Made by a program: the position numbers and the translations under genes. A DNA stretch of 63,429 nt, filler included, from Choristocarpus tenellus KU-1152 (Eukaryota > Protista > Phaeophyceae): the NCBI GenBank assembly GCA_964200185.2. It is 10 parts of 10 records of this genome, joined end to end, with 100 filler letters (N's around TTAATTAATTAA, not from the genome) between each part and the next. Parts side by side here need not be neighbours in the genome. Positions count along the whole stretch, not along the records: positions 12,241 to 19,852 come from CAXNAD020005876.1; positions 19,953 to 23,531 come from CAXNAD020019138.1; positions 23,632 to 27,797 come from CAXNAD020015885.1; positions 27,898 to 32,085 come from CAXNAD020015784.1; 6 more parts are not named here. One strand, given 5' to 3'. Under the pieces are notes generated by a model. The model made no database searches, had not been told where the DNA came from, and worked only from the letters and a program-made list of their open reading frames with translations. Of this stretch, positions 14,121 through 28,199 are shown piece after piece (the first letter of the stretch is position 1; every line of letters starts with the position of its first letter).

Positions 14121-16907
14121 AACCGATAGGTGCTATGAGGTATGTTGTTCCTGTTCTCTGCATCATTACCTAAAAATGCTCACACATAACATTCCAGGGA
14201 CACAACGTCATACCTGAGTGAATAACACAATCCGTGATTATCTGGAAGGCACTTGTTTAGAAACGCCATTATTTGAACCCCCAGAATGGTTCTTAAGACG
14301 GACTTCTCGCAACAAACCGTGTCCAGAGATAAGTCATGGGGTTTTTGCTGATAACAGTATGCCTTATATTAGTACCCTACTCCTATACTACAGGAACCGA
14401 GGCTTGAAAGCGCGGTAAGTACGAGGCAACTTTTGACCCGTGAGGTTTTAGCCCTCCCAGACTCTTTCGGTCATCTGCAAAATTTCCAGTGGGCAAAATA
14501 TAATACTACTGTTCAATCCATGCCATCATTTCATCAGGGACTTTCTTGGAGGACCTGGCAGGGGTTATTGATCAGGGCTGGGATGACTGGGCAGGTAGAA
14601 CCACTCCCACTCTAGTTCTTGAAGCTCACACCTTGGTAGGTCATGATGCCAGAAAAGCTACAAAAGATCCCAGGATGAAGTCATGCGTTTCCTGAACAGG
14701 ATCCACTTTGACTCCTTCAGGACAACTAGCCAACCCTCTTGCAAATCCAGAGGAACAGGGAAGGGAAAGTTCCTCGCTGGCTCTTTTTTAGTCCACCTTT
14801 GGAGTCAGTGCAAAAAATGCACGGTCCACCACACAGCCTTAGGGCCAGCACACATCAATGGTGAAACGGTTAAGCCAAATCTGCGAGGAAATGAACATCC
14901 TTTGCACAATGCATGATGGCAGACTGACTGGATAGGAACTTCGATGTGGTATTCCATGCTGGGTTTTATCTAAAGCTGGCTCATTTCTCTATCGCAACAA
15001 AGGCCTAATTCTGGGTGTCGCTTTTCAGAGATCCAGGCAAGTTGCCACCTGACCAACTTAACCCCAAGGAATAGTGTCGCTGTTGCAGAATCCAAGGCGC
15101 AAAAACTGCAACCACTACAACGGATGATATTTTGATTCTCTTTGTTTATTTCTCAACCCTTTTACGGTGGAAAGTTTTTGGCATCTCTGGGTAACCAAGC
15201 AGGGAGTACCCTTGATGAGCTGGTCACCCTTGTGGGCGAGGGACTGAGGGTTACAAAAAGACCATCATTAAAGACATGTTGAGACATACGGTGTTCGAAA
15301 CCCTCTTTTGGGGCAGGTCATGCGCTTTTAGCTGAACGCACCAGGCTGATGGGCACAAAAAGACCTCACAGATTCATGAGATTCTTCCCTAGCTCCTCGC
15401 CCACCTTTGAAGAGTTAAGCTGGCACAGCAGTGGGGAATGCAGACATTGGTTTGTAGGGAATAGTATTCAGTCTTCCAGAGGACACTGTTTTTGTATGTT
15501 GCAGTCTTGATATTTGTCCTTTTTCTCCCTTGACACATCTGTCTTCAAAATGCCTAGCATTGTGAACACTGGAGAACAGTACATATATATTAAGGGTGTA
15601 TCTTAGCAAAAACTATTGTATCTGAAGTTCTTGTGTTGTAATTTTGGTCTCTGGCCATTTCCTGCCTTGACTCGTCTACCTGCAAAATGTTAAGTGGGCA
15701 CTATAAACAATGTCTCTGAGCAAAATAATATTATGTACTTCATAATCAATTATATTACGTCCACTGACATTTTCGAAATGTGTCAAGGGGAAAAGATAGA
15801 CCAATACAAGAAACACAAGAACTTTAGATACAAAGCTGTCGTTGATAAGACACACCTCCTTGAAATATGTACTCATTTGAATACTAGATATATACCACAA
15901 TGCCTCCTTAGACACTTTTCTTCACTAATCGATGTTCATAATGATATGCTCTCAAGCTAGCCCTACGAAGGGAGCGAAGGGCTAGGGAAGAATGACAAGG
16001 ATCTATGAGACCTCCCATTGTGCCGACCTGCCGAGTGCATCTAGCTTGAAATGCATGACTCGCCTTCAAATAGCTACTTGTTGTGCAGTGACAGAAACCA
16101 TATGTTTCAAACCAGTCTTAACAGCTCCTTTCAGACAATAACCCCAGCTCCTCCAATATCCCCTACTGTATGGGAGGTCCACTCATCTAGGAAACTATTT
16201 GCTTGCTCACCTAAACGCCCAAAACTTTCTATTGCGAAAATATCGAGGCTTGTCCTGGGCCCACCTCGAAGTTTCCACCTCTATCTTTTCCCCGCGTTAT
16301 TATGGAGAGCTATCACAACAAGATAGTACAGGTGTGTATTCCGTTGTACTGGCTACTTGGATCAACCAGATTTACGTGTGAAGAAATCCTGTGTTATAGG
16401 GGTTCGAACTCGGGATATCCGTAATGGAATCAGTCGTGTTTTGGGCATTGACTCTCAAGAACATCCACACCGATCCCACTCTAAGATACAAGATACACTT
16501 GGTACACCTCTGACCTACCAATGTCAACAACATGGCATCTTCACACATAGCTTATTTGCTGGAAGCTGGCTCTGAAGTCTTGCCACCCCTTTCATGGAGA
16601 GCATTGTGAGGAGGGTGGTGATGTACAAGTGACCAACTTCAAGCAAACTTCCTGGAAGCCTGGGAAGAGTTGGAAAGGGTACGAAAACAACTAGTTGCAC
16701 TCAGCCCTGCCAAATGCTATTTTCAAGGCGTTGAAGACGGCTGGCAAGTGTCTGAGGGTGCCTGCCTTATTCAGGACTTTCTTGACACCTAAACTAGGAA
16801 GTTTGGAAAACCTTACCCGCTGTGTGGACCAAGCTAGGTTCTACCAACATGTAAAAAAGGTTCAAGGTAAGAGAGAACAGGCAGAGTGCCTCCCAACACA
16901 TCTGTGT

Positions 16908-17165
16908 GAGTGAAAGTATCTTAGAGGGTACGAATTTTTCCCTGTTTATCCATTTGGGGCTTGGCTTCCCTTGGGGTTTTAATGACATTTTCCTACTCTA
17001 AACGATTTCGGAGTAGGTAAAATGTATACGTTATGAATTGCTTTGTCCGGAACAAGGATATTGACACTTCCTAGCAAACATGATAGCCAAAATTACATCG
17101 AAATCGCAACATTGGATTTTGACCCCCAAATGGACACAGCTCTACCCTCCAAGATACTTTGAGTC
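16908..17165. mobile_element. MITE (~258 bp), family B
   Basis: TIRs gagtgaaagtatcttagagggta / taccctccaagatactttgagtc; near-full-length second copy at 45887-46141. Confidence 0.85.
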
Positions 17166-17300
17166 AGAAGAATCTAGCAAGTTATTGAGAGAGCAATCAA
17201 TCATTGTGAAACGGTGGAGGAGATTCTTTGAAGTACTCCTTGATCTCAAATCGGTTGACCTCAACCCCCATATTGCTGAAGTCCTTCACCAATGACCTAC
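17166..17300 (+). mobile_element. RTE-type LINE ORF2 fragment (pre-RT region)
   Basis: EESSKLLREQSIIVKRWRRFFEVLLDLKSVDLNPHIAEVLHQ*P resembles RTE 'LLR....I..RW..WF..LLN.KS..LDP.I...L.Q.P'. Confidence 0.65.
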
Positions 17301-18929
17301 ATCATAGAAAAAACCCTAACCCTAACCCTACGATAGAAATGGCTGAAGCACTCTGAGCAGTGGGAAATGGGAAGACCATGGGCCCAGGCAATCTTCCAGG
17401 TGATGCGTTAAGACTCAGACTAATATAAGACAAGGCTATCCCTCAGGGTTTCCACAAGATTAGAAGGCAGTCACATGGGCCATGTACACTTAAAGGTACC
17501 CCCACTAAGATAGGATTATTCTATCAGATTTTTTTCTGGGTTCATAAGAATGATGCGGTTTGTCACACCTCCAAAATGAGCCCCAAGAGCACCCATCTAG
17601 AAATGGGGCGTATCATCTACTGATGCAATGCTGATAGTGGCTGCCAGGGCCATCAACAAGAACCTTATTGTGCTGTGGAGGCGTGATTCAGAGGATAAAG
17701 GTTACGTTAGGAGGCACAGTCAGTCAATAATTCGGGGGAAGAATGTTGCCTGCATGCGACAGAGCCACATATTCACATGTCACTCTTAATATTTTACCCC
17801 ATCAATATGGTCACTGCTCAAATATGTGGGTGTGTCACTCTGAAGTTCTTCAACCATAAGTAAAGTCTTAGTTATAGCGGAAGAACCTTGGAGGTAGCAT
17901 ACAATTTGTGGATACCTTTGTCTGTTGTAATAACCACTACCTCCAATAAGAGATGAGTAAGAGCTGGTGTGTCATATGTGTGATGATAGTGGTTGAAGTG
18001 AGAATAGCGTATTTTCCCACCTTTTGTATTGTTTTATTCCTTATCGACGTAGAGTTCTTGTAGATCAACAACAGGTTGCTGTGTTATTGCCTCAAGTGCA
18101 GACGCGATTCTCATAAAATAGTTTCAAAATGAATCTAGTAGCATTATTAACAGTTTTTTTTGTGTGTGTCACATGCATGATACTACACACTAAATGCATT
18201 GACAAGAAATATCGCATAGAGGGTTGTTTTCTACACCTTGATTGCCTGAATTTTGAACATTACACAGAGCTATTCTGCCTTAGACGGGGTGCCATTGAAT
18301 ATGTAGTAACCTTGTGACTCCCTCCTGGTGCAATATGTGCTTCATTTACCCTGAAAAAAAGGGCGATTTTTCACTAATCATGTGGACAACTGGCAGTCTT
18401 CTCATCTATACTTACGACCTACTCAGAAGAGTGGTTAGGTAGATTTCACATGGGAATGGGGAGTCAGACCGGAGGTCTAAGACGTCCTAAATAATTTACT
18501 CCCATTTCAGATAGAATATTTCACACCTTGGACAACAATACAAACCAGAACACACAGTCGACACTTCGCTAAATGTTACGGATGGTACGAACACTTGTGC
18601 AGTACGTCTTAGACAGGAGTCGCAAGACTAAACAAATGCCTATCTGCGACTTTGCTGTTGCTATGGACATAACATGGCGTTGAGCGTTGGGTTTCCAAGA
18701 TGTGAAATATTATCAAGCAAAGAAAATTCTCCACAGTAATTATGAAATAGGATACGAACAAAACAAAAAGTAGCACGAAGCAGACATGCAAAAAACATGT
18801 CGCTGTTCTTTTGTTCCTCCACCTGTGAAGACATTGCAACTACATAAACGTGCCCAACCCACCACGCCAAGAACATGTAAGAAAACATGACACATCTATA
18901 GTGACTCTAAAAAGGGAGAGAGCAGCATG

Positions 18930-19290
18930 ATGAACAAGATGAAGAGCCCCTCCCTCCCGCCCCACAGGGACAATGACCCTGGATATCCTACTACAATCAT
19001 TCTTTATTCTTCCTCGCCTACGGTGACGTTCAAGCAGTAGTCACGCCTCCGTGCAAAGAGTATCCGTTCTTTACAACATTTATTACCGACACACCCATTT
19101 AGTGTAACCCCCAGAACTGAAGGTACAATCCACCTCAATATTATGGGGTCCTGTTCTCATCGAAACAGCTATTCTCAATGTAATAAATTCACTATAATCA
19201 AACTCTTGTGAAGACGCCCACCTACCACGCCAATAAGACCAAGTGTCGTGATGCAACAGTGACTGCACCATCAGCAACAGGGATTTCTAA
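18930..19290 (-). mobile_element. Highly decayed RTE-type LINE post-RT fragment
   Basis: VQSLLHHDTWS (cf. ETLLYGC.TWS) followed by a degraded TL.RR.LL-like segment; frameshifted. Confidence 0.4.
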
Positions 19291-19852
19291 TACCCCCCCG
19301 CCCCTCTCAGATCCGCACAACACATCCGGGCTACCCTTCTTGTGGTTGGAGTCCTCTCTCCTTGCACAATCCCACAATTAACACAAACAAATCTCACCAC
19401 CATTCCTTTTTTAGTATTTCATAGTGTACGCACATAAAAAACACTGTCACAACTACCAATGAATATTCTTGCCACCCCCAGTCTAGAAGCAGGAGACATG
19501 CCAAAACAGATATAACAGTAGGACAAGGATGCAACCACGTTGTGGACCCAGTCAGTGCTCACGTCTGTCCCACGTGCACAGTCTGTAACCACATGCACGC
19601 AACAGGTTCACAGGTAGTGGAGTTTTCTCACATAAACTGCCACAGACTCCCCTCACACATTGCACACATCTCGACCAATCTGATGGTTCACCACCTAACC
19701 TTGTTCTTCCCACTTAATACTTCACAATTCCCCCCTCAACTGAAGGTGCTTGGTGATACCCTCTTGTCTACCTTAGCTACCAACCCTTGGTAAGGACCTC
19801 ACCCCCCCCCCGAGTCATTTGCGTACAACTACATTAATTGTATTATTTAAAG

Positions 19853-19952
19853 NNNNNNNNNNNNNNNNNNNNNNNNNNNNNNNNNNNNNNNNNNNNTTAA
19901 TTAATTAANNNNNNNNNNNNNNNNNNNNNNNNNNNNNNNNNNNNNNNNNNNN
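19853..19952. other. Artificial contig linker
   Basis: N44-TTAATTAATTAA-N44. Confidence 0.97.
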
Positions 19953-20048
19953 GGTGTGGGGGGGGGGGGGGGGGGGGGGGGGGGGGTGGGGGGGGGGGGG
20001 TGGGGCAAACTTATTGCCGGGTTTTGAAAATATTTCCCAATATTACAG

Positions 20049-20203
20049 GCGTTTGTAGACATCCGCAATCTGTCGGAGCTGTTAGCAGAGTCTCCCGACA
20101 TCGTCGATGCTCCTGGAGCAATGGCACTGCCCATTCCGCCCAAGGCCACCGGAATGAGCCTGGAGTTCAGGGATGTGTGGTTTTGGTATCCTAGTCAGCC
20201 GAG
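20049..20203 (+). CDS. Single internal exon of an ABCB6/ATM1/HMT1-type ABC half-transporter (TMD-NBD linker)
   Basis: tacag|AFVDIRNLSELLAESPDIVDAPGAMALPIPPKATGMSLEFRDVWFWYPSQP|gt, matching 'A.VD..N...LL...P.V.D.P.A..L....G..EF..V.F.Y'; other exons not found in this contig. Confidence 0.8.
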
Positions 20204-20219
20204 GTGTGTGTGCTGTCTG

Positions 20220-20245
20220 TAGGGTTAGGGTTAGGGTTAGGGTTA
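20220..20245. repeat. Interstitial telomere-like (TTAGGG)n
   Basis: tagggttagggttagggttagggtta; similar short tracts near 17313, 22738, 31425, 31903 and 32030. Confidence 0.9.
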
Positions 20246-21649
20246 TGTAGAGTTGTTTCTGCTGGTGACAGTAGTAACCTTTTGAGTGTGTGCGTGTGTT
20301 TAAAAAAATAATATTGTTGCGGTTCAAGAAATTGTTCTGGTCTGTTAGGGGATTTTGTATATATATGGCGTTAATGTTGTTTTGCTTTTTATGTTTTTTA
20401 TTCTTCTCCATTTTTTTATTGCTGTTGAATGTATGTTTTTTTTTTAAATAACTGGTTTGTTCTGTCTATGTGTATGTAGGGGGCGAAACCTATGTGAGAG
20501 TGTTGGATATATATATATATATATATATACTGTGTAACTATCTACAGGTGGTCATACTTCAGATTAAGAGGGTTATGACGACGTGTTGGCAGTTGGTAAG
20601 AGGTAAGCGTTGATCACGGAACACTGCTAGTATTGGAATGAACAAGATATACTACCAAAATGACGTGAATTGTGTGATGTTCAGAAACATGCGCCCATAT
20701 ACTTTCCACACAAGATAATCCATTCTTCCACTTTGTAGATATATCATGTCCTCATCAGGTTGAGAGTCAATGCAACGACCATCTACGTAGATTTAGCCGT
20801 TAGTTCGATCCCCCTTTGATGCCGTACTTCATTGTGTAAAAAAATTGATAGCATTTGGGTTATCCTATTCCGTGCGTATCCTATTCCATCTGGCAAGGAA
20901 CCACAAGAGCCTTGTTCGCCTCCTACGCCTTCCTTGTCTGCTAGGTATTTCATATTAAAAAAAAGTCAGACCAAGTTAAAAGAAAAAAGTGGAAAAGGTT
21001 TTGAGGTCGGTCCAGGAGAAGGTTCTAAGAAGGTTCTAAGAAGGTTCTAGGGAGGAGACAGAGTAGCGAGGGGGTAGGAGTGCTGAATCCAACGTGTGAG
21101 AAGCAAGGCGGGGTTTTTAATATGGTATGTTTGTATGTATCTGATAGGAGGCCGCATGTTTAATAATTGTATTGCAACAATTAGTCAGTAGTCAGTAGAA
21201 AGAGTGCTGCATTGTGTAACAAGTAGTGTCTCTGGCTAGGGACAAGGATCATCCCCAACGATACAGTAATGGCAGGATTATCTACATTATCTGACATATT
21301 CCGTCAGCGGAATGACCAGGTTCAAACTACAGTAGCAGAAATCGAAATTTCTTCCGAGGATATTTAAAACTGAATGGACCGCGTGACAAGTGCATTGGGG
21401 AAAAAAAAAGAAATAATTTCTATATCTTTACGGATATCTTGTGCAAGATCACAAAAGGGGGAGCCTGGAAAGATCTGCATATCAAAAAGGATCATGGATC
21501 ATGGATCATGGATCACGCCCAGATTTGAGGGAGGAGATGGAGTGACGAACGGTGGGATGCCTGGTCTTTGAGGGAGGACTGGTCCAGGACTGGTCCCAAC
21601 ACACACACGGAACAGTGTGATTGGTTGTATTACAAGAGGTAGTTCATAG

Positions 21650-21743
21650 GGTAGAACAAACAGTGTATCTGGTAGGATAAACAGTGTATCTGGTAGAACA
21701 AACAGTGTATCTGGTAGAACAAATAGTGTATCTGGTAGAACAA
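21650..21743. repeat. 21-bp tandem repeat, ~4.5 copies
   Basis: ggtagaacaaacagtgtatct units. Confidence 0.9.
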
Positions 21744-21802
21744 CAAACAGTGCTGTGTTCACTGTCGTTGGTTTTCAGACAAGTTTTAGGTATGCTACAG
21801 TA

Positions 21803-21982
21803 GCCTCAAAACTATCTGGGGGGGGTTGTGAGGGGGCGGGCGTCTGTTTCCGTCAAACAACTCTTTTTTTTGCTGACATTTCAAATTCGACACGTGCGAC
21901 CAAATCACACCAAAAAAGTGAAAATCGAAAAAATAGTGAAAAACCGACGCCGATATCCCCCCCCCCCCAGATACTTTGACCC
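21803..21982. mobile_element. Complete ~180-bp MITE (family C) with 4-bp TSD
   Basis: TIRs gcctcaaaactatctgggggggg / cccccccagatactttgaccc; AGTA directly on both flanks. Confidence 0.8.
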
Positions 21983-22907
21983 AGTAGGGTAGAACAAATA
22001 GTGCAGTGTTGACTGTCGTTGATTTTCACACAAGTTTTAAGTATGCTACAGCAAAAAAGGAAAAAAAAGAGAGTAATAATCGGTAGATAATGTCAGAAAA
22101 AAAAAGAAAAATAAGGGACAAGCAACGTATGCAGCATATACTTCAACTTGTAGTCAGAAAAAAAGGGACAAGGCCCTTGTCGTATCAAAAAAAAAAAAAA
22201 TTGGCCGATCGATCAGTCCAGTTCGCAATTTTTTTTTAACATTTAACATATACAGAAAGAGATATAATGAGATGTAATGAGATATAATGAGATGTAACAT
22301 ATACAGAAAGAAAGCGCTCAGGAAGGAAGATTCACCATTGAAGTCTACATAGAATATATATATATATATACATATATAAAAAGAAAAACACGATTCAAGG
22401 ATCAGCTCCTGCCATCAAGGACCAAAATTGGTTCTAGAAGAGGCATTTGAGATATATATATATATACATTACGCATTTGAGAGGATCTAGAATTGGACCT
22501 TGCACTTTGTGACGTTATGAGGTATACGCTTGATACCCTGTATCGTCATTTAATTCTTTTGCGAGGTTTATGGTTTTTGGATATTATCAGATGAACTACC
22601 ATGTTCTAATGTATTTCTAGGTAGTACACAATTTGACTTTTCCCTCCTGCATTAGGCTTCTACTTTTATGTTATTCAATTATTGCTGTGCCTTCTTTTTT
22701 TGCACTTCTTATACCAGATACACATGCGGTGGGTACAACCCTAACCCTAACCCTAACCCTAACCCATCAATAGAAGAAGGGTATCCTACTTTATGCGAAG
22801 GGAGCCTTCAGCACCCTTTGCCTCCAAAGAAGATCAGATGAAAAGATGAAAAAAAGAGAAGAATCTCAGTAGTCATTATCTCGCGGGGTAAAAAATATCT
22901 ATAGCAT

Positions 22908-22998
22908 GCTAGGTATCCTTGCTAGGTATCCTTGCTAAGTATCCTTGCTAGGTATCCATGCTAGGTATCCTTGCTAGGTATCCATGCTAGGTATCCTT
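22908..22998. repeat. 13-bp tandem repeat x7
   Basis: gctaggtatcc(t/a)t units. Confidence 0.92.
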
Positions 22999-23531
22999 GA
23001 ATTACTTTGCTCCAACCTCAACACGTAATTGCCACCTGTCTGAGTCTTCTGCAAGAGAACACTGCTCATTAGCTGTGATGTTCAAAACCTCGAGGTTGTG
23101 TTGGAGTCCCTTCTGTAAACTGTTACCAGTCTTACCAGTCCCTTCTCTCCGTTTTTTTTGGTTCTGAGTGTCAAGTTTTCTCTAAACCACGAGGTTCATG
23201 GGTGAGCAGTAGTAGTAGTCTGTATGCAATAGCAGTAGTTGCCTGTATGTACTATGTATGTATGTATGTATATATGTATTTATGTATGTATATTAATAGA
23301 AACAAAAAGCCTTACGACAGGCAGTAGTTCAGTTTTTTTTCTTTTTTTCTCCGATTAAAAAAAATGATGTATTTTGTCTCTTTACATGGTCTGTTCCACC
23401 GGTCATGTTCTGTTTAAAAAAAATATATTTCAAGAGCTGTTTTAAATCACTGACCTCACGAAGGGGGGGGCAGTGGGACAGAGGGATGACCCTTTCAATT
23501 CTCCAACTCTCTTTTTTTTTTTTTTTTTTGG

Positions 23532-23631
23532 NNNNNNNNNNNNNNNNNNNNNNNNNNNNNNNNNNNNNNNNNNNNTTAATTAATTAANNNNNNNNNNNNN
23601 NNNNNNNNNNNNNNNNNNNNNNNNNNNNNNN
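23532..23631. other. Artificial contig linker
   Basis: N44-TTAATTAATTAA-N44. Confidence 0.97.
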
Positions 23632-25071
23632 AAAAATTGACCCCAAATGGACATCCGCCACCCCCTCCCAGATACTTTGAGTCATAAATATCTTCTGCAT
23701 CATAGTCTGGGGGTGGCAAGGGATGATAAGTAAAATACCAAGGTGTCAAAGCATTGGGGCACTGGTCTGGGCGATTGGACAGGCTTTTATATGCCTACAA
23801 ATCCTCCTTAATGCTGCCGACTTGTCTACAGTGGTGCTAAATCTAGATGCATAGCTAGAAGAGTAAGAAGGGTAGCAGGGAAAGTAGTAGGACATGTTCA
23901 GCCAACACATATAAAAAAATAATGAATGGAACAAAGAAAAAACGAAATATATTTTGAATAAAAAGAGGGAGGTAGTACATTCCACACATTCAGAATTAAG
24001 ATAGAAGAGATCCAAGAGGAATCAAGACTCAAAAAGATAGTCCACAACAACAGTACATGTACACACAGATTGTAAGACAGACTACCACAAAACTACTCTT
24101 CTTCACAATTCAACGCGAAATTGTTGTGGGGTGACAAGGCAAAAAGATAAGACCAAACATTTCTCCCTCCACAATATCATCCTCATTTAAGATCTACCTA
24201 AAGGGGCGGGGGGAACCAACCTTTACCACAGCTAGCCTGGCAACGCAATCCAAAATCGAAGTTTGGACGACTTTTCAAAGCTCTGACTTGAACGTATCTA
24301 ATATATCCCACCATCCACAGGGCCAGATTTAAGGGAACAAGGCACACCACGAAGAAGTGTTTATAGTAGCACACCAATGGAGACGAAGTGAAGGGAAGGA
24401 AAGAGAGGGACACAGACGCGGGTTGAATGCACTTCACTGCGTCTATGACGTGATATGAGGGGGATTCGACTCCTTTACTTCGGGCATTACCTCTTGGGGG
24501 AGTTAGCAGACATAACTCAGGACAGAATGTAGTGGGTATGGATGAAGTGCATGGCATCAGAAAGGGTCAATTTAACAAGCCGTGATCCAACACAACGTTT
24601 CTGTTCAAGGTCTATCTTTTCACCCCATACCAGTCACAGAAACCTGCTTTTCCTAGTGAACTTTGCTTTGTGTATCAACCCTTGTCAATTGTTTTATTCC
24701 TTCACCAGTTTCAGTGGCCCTACAGTGCGGTTGGGCTTAGGATCACACAAACCTTAGAAGCGCGTCTTCTACGAGAGTACCCAGTGACCAAAGATCGGTT
24801 GGGCTCATATTCATAAACATCGGCCCGTCACTTTTCATGAGCAGATCATTTCGCCTCATCATGTCCAACGTGCCTGTCTACAAATGCTTTTGCTGTAGAG
24901 ACATATTCCCCATCCTTCATGTCCATAAATTAACTGGGAACTGGAAAGATATCCTGTATCCTTCTCCCCCATTTGTTGTCTTACACTTTTATAGCCAGTA
25001 ATCGCGCGATCGCGCGCACTACAAATGAGAGGCACTCCTCATCAAACAAAGGATTGGTCTGAAGTGCTGGG

Positions 25072-26264
25072 ATGGTGCTTCAGACCGCCATGTTACCAAG
25101 TACATGTCAACTAGTTTGCCTGGGCAGAGTTCGGGGGTATGTAGTAGGATCTTGCTCCAGAGATAGGCGCTGTGTAACTCCAGGAGTGGATCTATTAAGA
25201 TGGGGTTGTCGGGGTATGTCTGAAAAACCTACCAAGAAGAAGGGAGGAATGTCTGCAAAGGCAGCGACCTTCATCAAGATGCTTGATTCCAAACCAAAAC
25301 CGAGGTGAAAATATTATTCCTGACATACCATAATGCCGAATCCTAGCGTTGCTCTGCACACAATTGGCCTGAGTTCCTCGACCCCATGGACAATTGATGC
25401 ATCTAAGTATGTTTGTCCTTTACTCTACCTTCTCAAATCCATCCCGTTGTAGGTGTTTCTCAACGGTAACCCATAACCTACTTTTATAAAATGTCCCTCT
25501 TGTCTTTTCGACCTCCCTTGGAGTAGACATTAGATCTCTTTCAATTCGTTTCTTGCAATGTTGAGACTCGGACAGGCAAGATGAGGCGCTATTTGTTAGG
25601 CTCTTACCCTAAACCAACTTTGATGAGACAACGGAAATTTTCTCGAACAGAGGAATAGATAGAGCCTGTGCTGAATGAAGTGCTCTATTGAAAAACTTTC
25701 AACCATCAATCGGTGATGGTGAGGTTTCTTCTTTGGTTTGGTGTATATCGATACGTCGACGAAATCAGCTTGGGGGGCGCATCTCCTACTTTTTAAAATA
25801 CCATTACTGTTGCTCTCGCTGTCTTTCGATAATTTGTATCAATGCTGTACCACTATGGATGCAGCATTGGCAATACATGCTATTACACGACGATGTAGAA
25901 GCTGACAAGTTCACCATGCACACCAGTGCTAAAGTTCAACCTCATCCCCATATTTCCATACCTTTTCAGACCAAAGCTATCCCCTGAGGAGCAGGCTAGG
26001 AACAATGAGATTGGGCGACGATACAACCAAATGATGGCGAAGCAGCACAACCAACGCATGACTGGCCTGAGAATGAAAATGAAGCTTAGGGATGATGCCA
26101 TTGCTAACCTGCCAGAGATGCTTCAGCATGCCGCACGTCAAAACGACACTCGTCCCCCACCCCTGAACCGTCGGATGGCCCGGTACACACCTCCTATCCC
26201 AGGTTTCAACCCTAAGGATTATCTTTCAAAGGACTATGGGGAAAACGATAAAGGAGAAGCATGA
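25072..26264 (+). CDS. MRPL40: Mitochondrial large-subunit ribosomal protein mL40 (2 exons)
   Basis: Exon 1 25072-25304 (presequence-like, Arg-rich; ..MLDSKPKP AG|gt); exon 2 25970-26264 (ag|..PKLSPEEQARNNEIGRRYN..KMKLRDDAIANLPEMLQHAARQNDTRPPPLNRRMARYTPPIPGFNP), with the mL40 'A...LP..L...A...D....P.......TPPI' signature; phase-2 intron consistent. Confidence 0.85.
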
Positions 26265-27797
26265 GAGGAATGTAGTGGTATTTTGTAGTAGAGGGGGTGT
26301 AGGGGAGAACAACATATTTATGAGGTGCATATCCGTGTGCAATGCTCTGTTTGGAGGGAATGGTTTAGTTGCTGCTGCAGCTCTTGCCCATCTCTTTGGT
26401 TAGCTCTATCAATGAGCTAATTGAACTCAGTGAATGCATTTAACCTTCTAATGACCTTTTTGATCATAGGCGCTCGCCGTTTGCAGTTAGGGTTAGGGTC
26501 CAATGGACATTTCTGATGTGTTAGAATATGCCTCCCCCTTTGCCTTGTTGCAGCACCTTCCCTTTTAAACATACTGCATTTTATAGAGTAATCCCTTAAC
26601 ATGAAAATTCCACATGGTATTGCCAAAACGTCAACTTGCAGAGGTTGAACTCTGCCTGGCATTTGTACTCCTTTGACAAAATCTAGCCTGCCGAGTGCCA
26701 TGCAGCGCCCCACTTTGATGATTTCCATGTCAGGATGCCAGCAGGTTCCACTAGTCCTTCTCCTACCTTGGTCCCCTAGCCAGGTTGAAAGGTCAACCCA
26801 ATCTCATGTAAACATGAATGCTGAGAGACTGATGTTTCGAGTAGTCAACATGTATGAAATCAATTCGCCCATCCTTCATGGCATTGGTATCTATCATACT
26901 ATTCTTGTAGCAAGGGCGTTGCGCGAAAAGCGTACTCTAGATGTTTCGCATGTTACCACAGGAACTTGCTAAAGGTGTTTCACAGGGAATGTTCATTGCC
27001 GAGCAGAATGTGGGAGTACAGCAGTTACAGACTTGGTTATCAAGACACCAACCGCACCTCCCCTCCTGCTACTCAAGACTGTGGTCATTGTGATACTACC
27101 AAAGCCTTGACGTGTTGATCTAGCCATCTTTTGGCGCCCAGTCTGTCTAGAGTTGTTTTCCTTTCCATGGACCTCACCGAAATGACTGCTCGCTGCATTG
27201 CCATCTCCTTCTGTTTTCAAGGGGAATTTTCTTCGAAGTGCAGTAACAGCTATATTGTTCCACTTTTTCTGTCATGCAACGAATGATCGATCTGCACGAT
27301 GTAGTTTTTTGCCAAGAGTGTTTTTCAAGGCATCGTTTTAACAACGTGTCAACACATCTTTCTCCTGCCACGCCCATGTTGACACACACCCGGGAGGGAC
27401 ATGTTACTTTGCAGCGTTTTTGTCTTTCTTATGTTAAGATCCTGAGCCTGACATTTCAGGTGTTTTTGCCCCCCTTTTCTGATCGCCTCTGGATTCTTGA
27501 GGATTGTATCCTTGTACTGGTGGTAGTCAGAGTACAAGGTACCAGAGCGTTTCCGTTTATTGGTGTTATTTCACTGCACCTTTTAAAAAAATATATATTT
27601 TCCAGAAATAGATGTGTGTCAAGGTCATTGTCAAAATGGCTGCAGTCTAGCACAGAGAGTATATGACAATGCTACAAGCGACGATCGACAGTGAGGGGAG
27701 GGGAAGGGGCATGATGCAAGTGTCAAAATGGCATGGTAGCTTCCTGTGCTGACTGTTCCACGCAAGAGAGACTTGACCAGGGTCAAAGTATTTGGGG

Positions 27798-27897
27798 NNN
27801 NNNNNNNNNNNNNNNNNNNNNNNNNNNNNNNNNNNNNNNNNTTAATTAATTAANNNNNNNNNNNNNNNNNNNNNNNNNNNNNNNNNNNNNNNNNNNN
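27798..27897. other. Artificial contig linker
   Basis: N44-TTAATTAATTAA-N44. Confidence 0.97.
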
Positions 27898-28199
27898 CCG
27901 GTGATTCTCTTCGCCACCCTTGCCTGAGTGAACCACGTCGCCACAGAATCACACGATTCACACTATTATATTTAGTATTAGGCGAAGAGGTAGTGTAAGA
28001 GTGTAAGTGATTGATTGCTTCAGGCGTCAGTGATGTCGTAAAATGGTGTACGTGCTTGACAGGGAGGAGAGAGGGCTAGGTCCTGCGGATGAAGATATCA
28101 TCCAGTCCTGCACTAAGGCATCGTCCGCTGAAAAACGTTTGGACATCATCTGGACACTATTCGGCACATCCTGTCTTTGGCAAGTACGGGGAAATTGAT

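Noticed and set aside
14430-15420. Possible DIRS-type reverse transcriptase remnant (minus strand)
   Set aside because: Only faint motif echoes across several frames; not supportable without a search.
17600-17710. OTU-like WG....ML..AA..I segment
   Set aside because: Too short, with no catalytic Cys or His context.
21499-21762. ORF with LFVLPDT repeats
   Set aside because: Translation of a 21-bp minisatellite.
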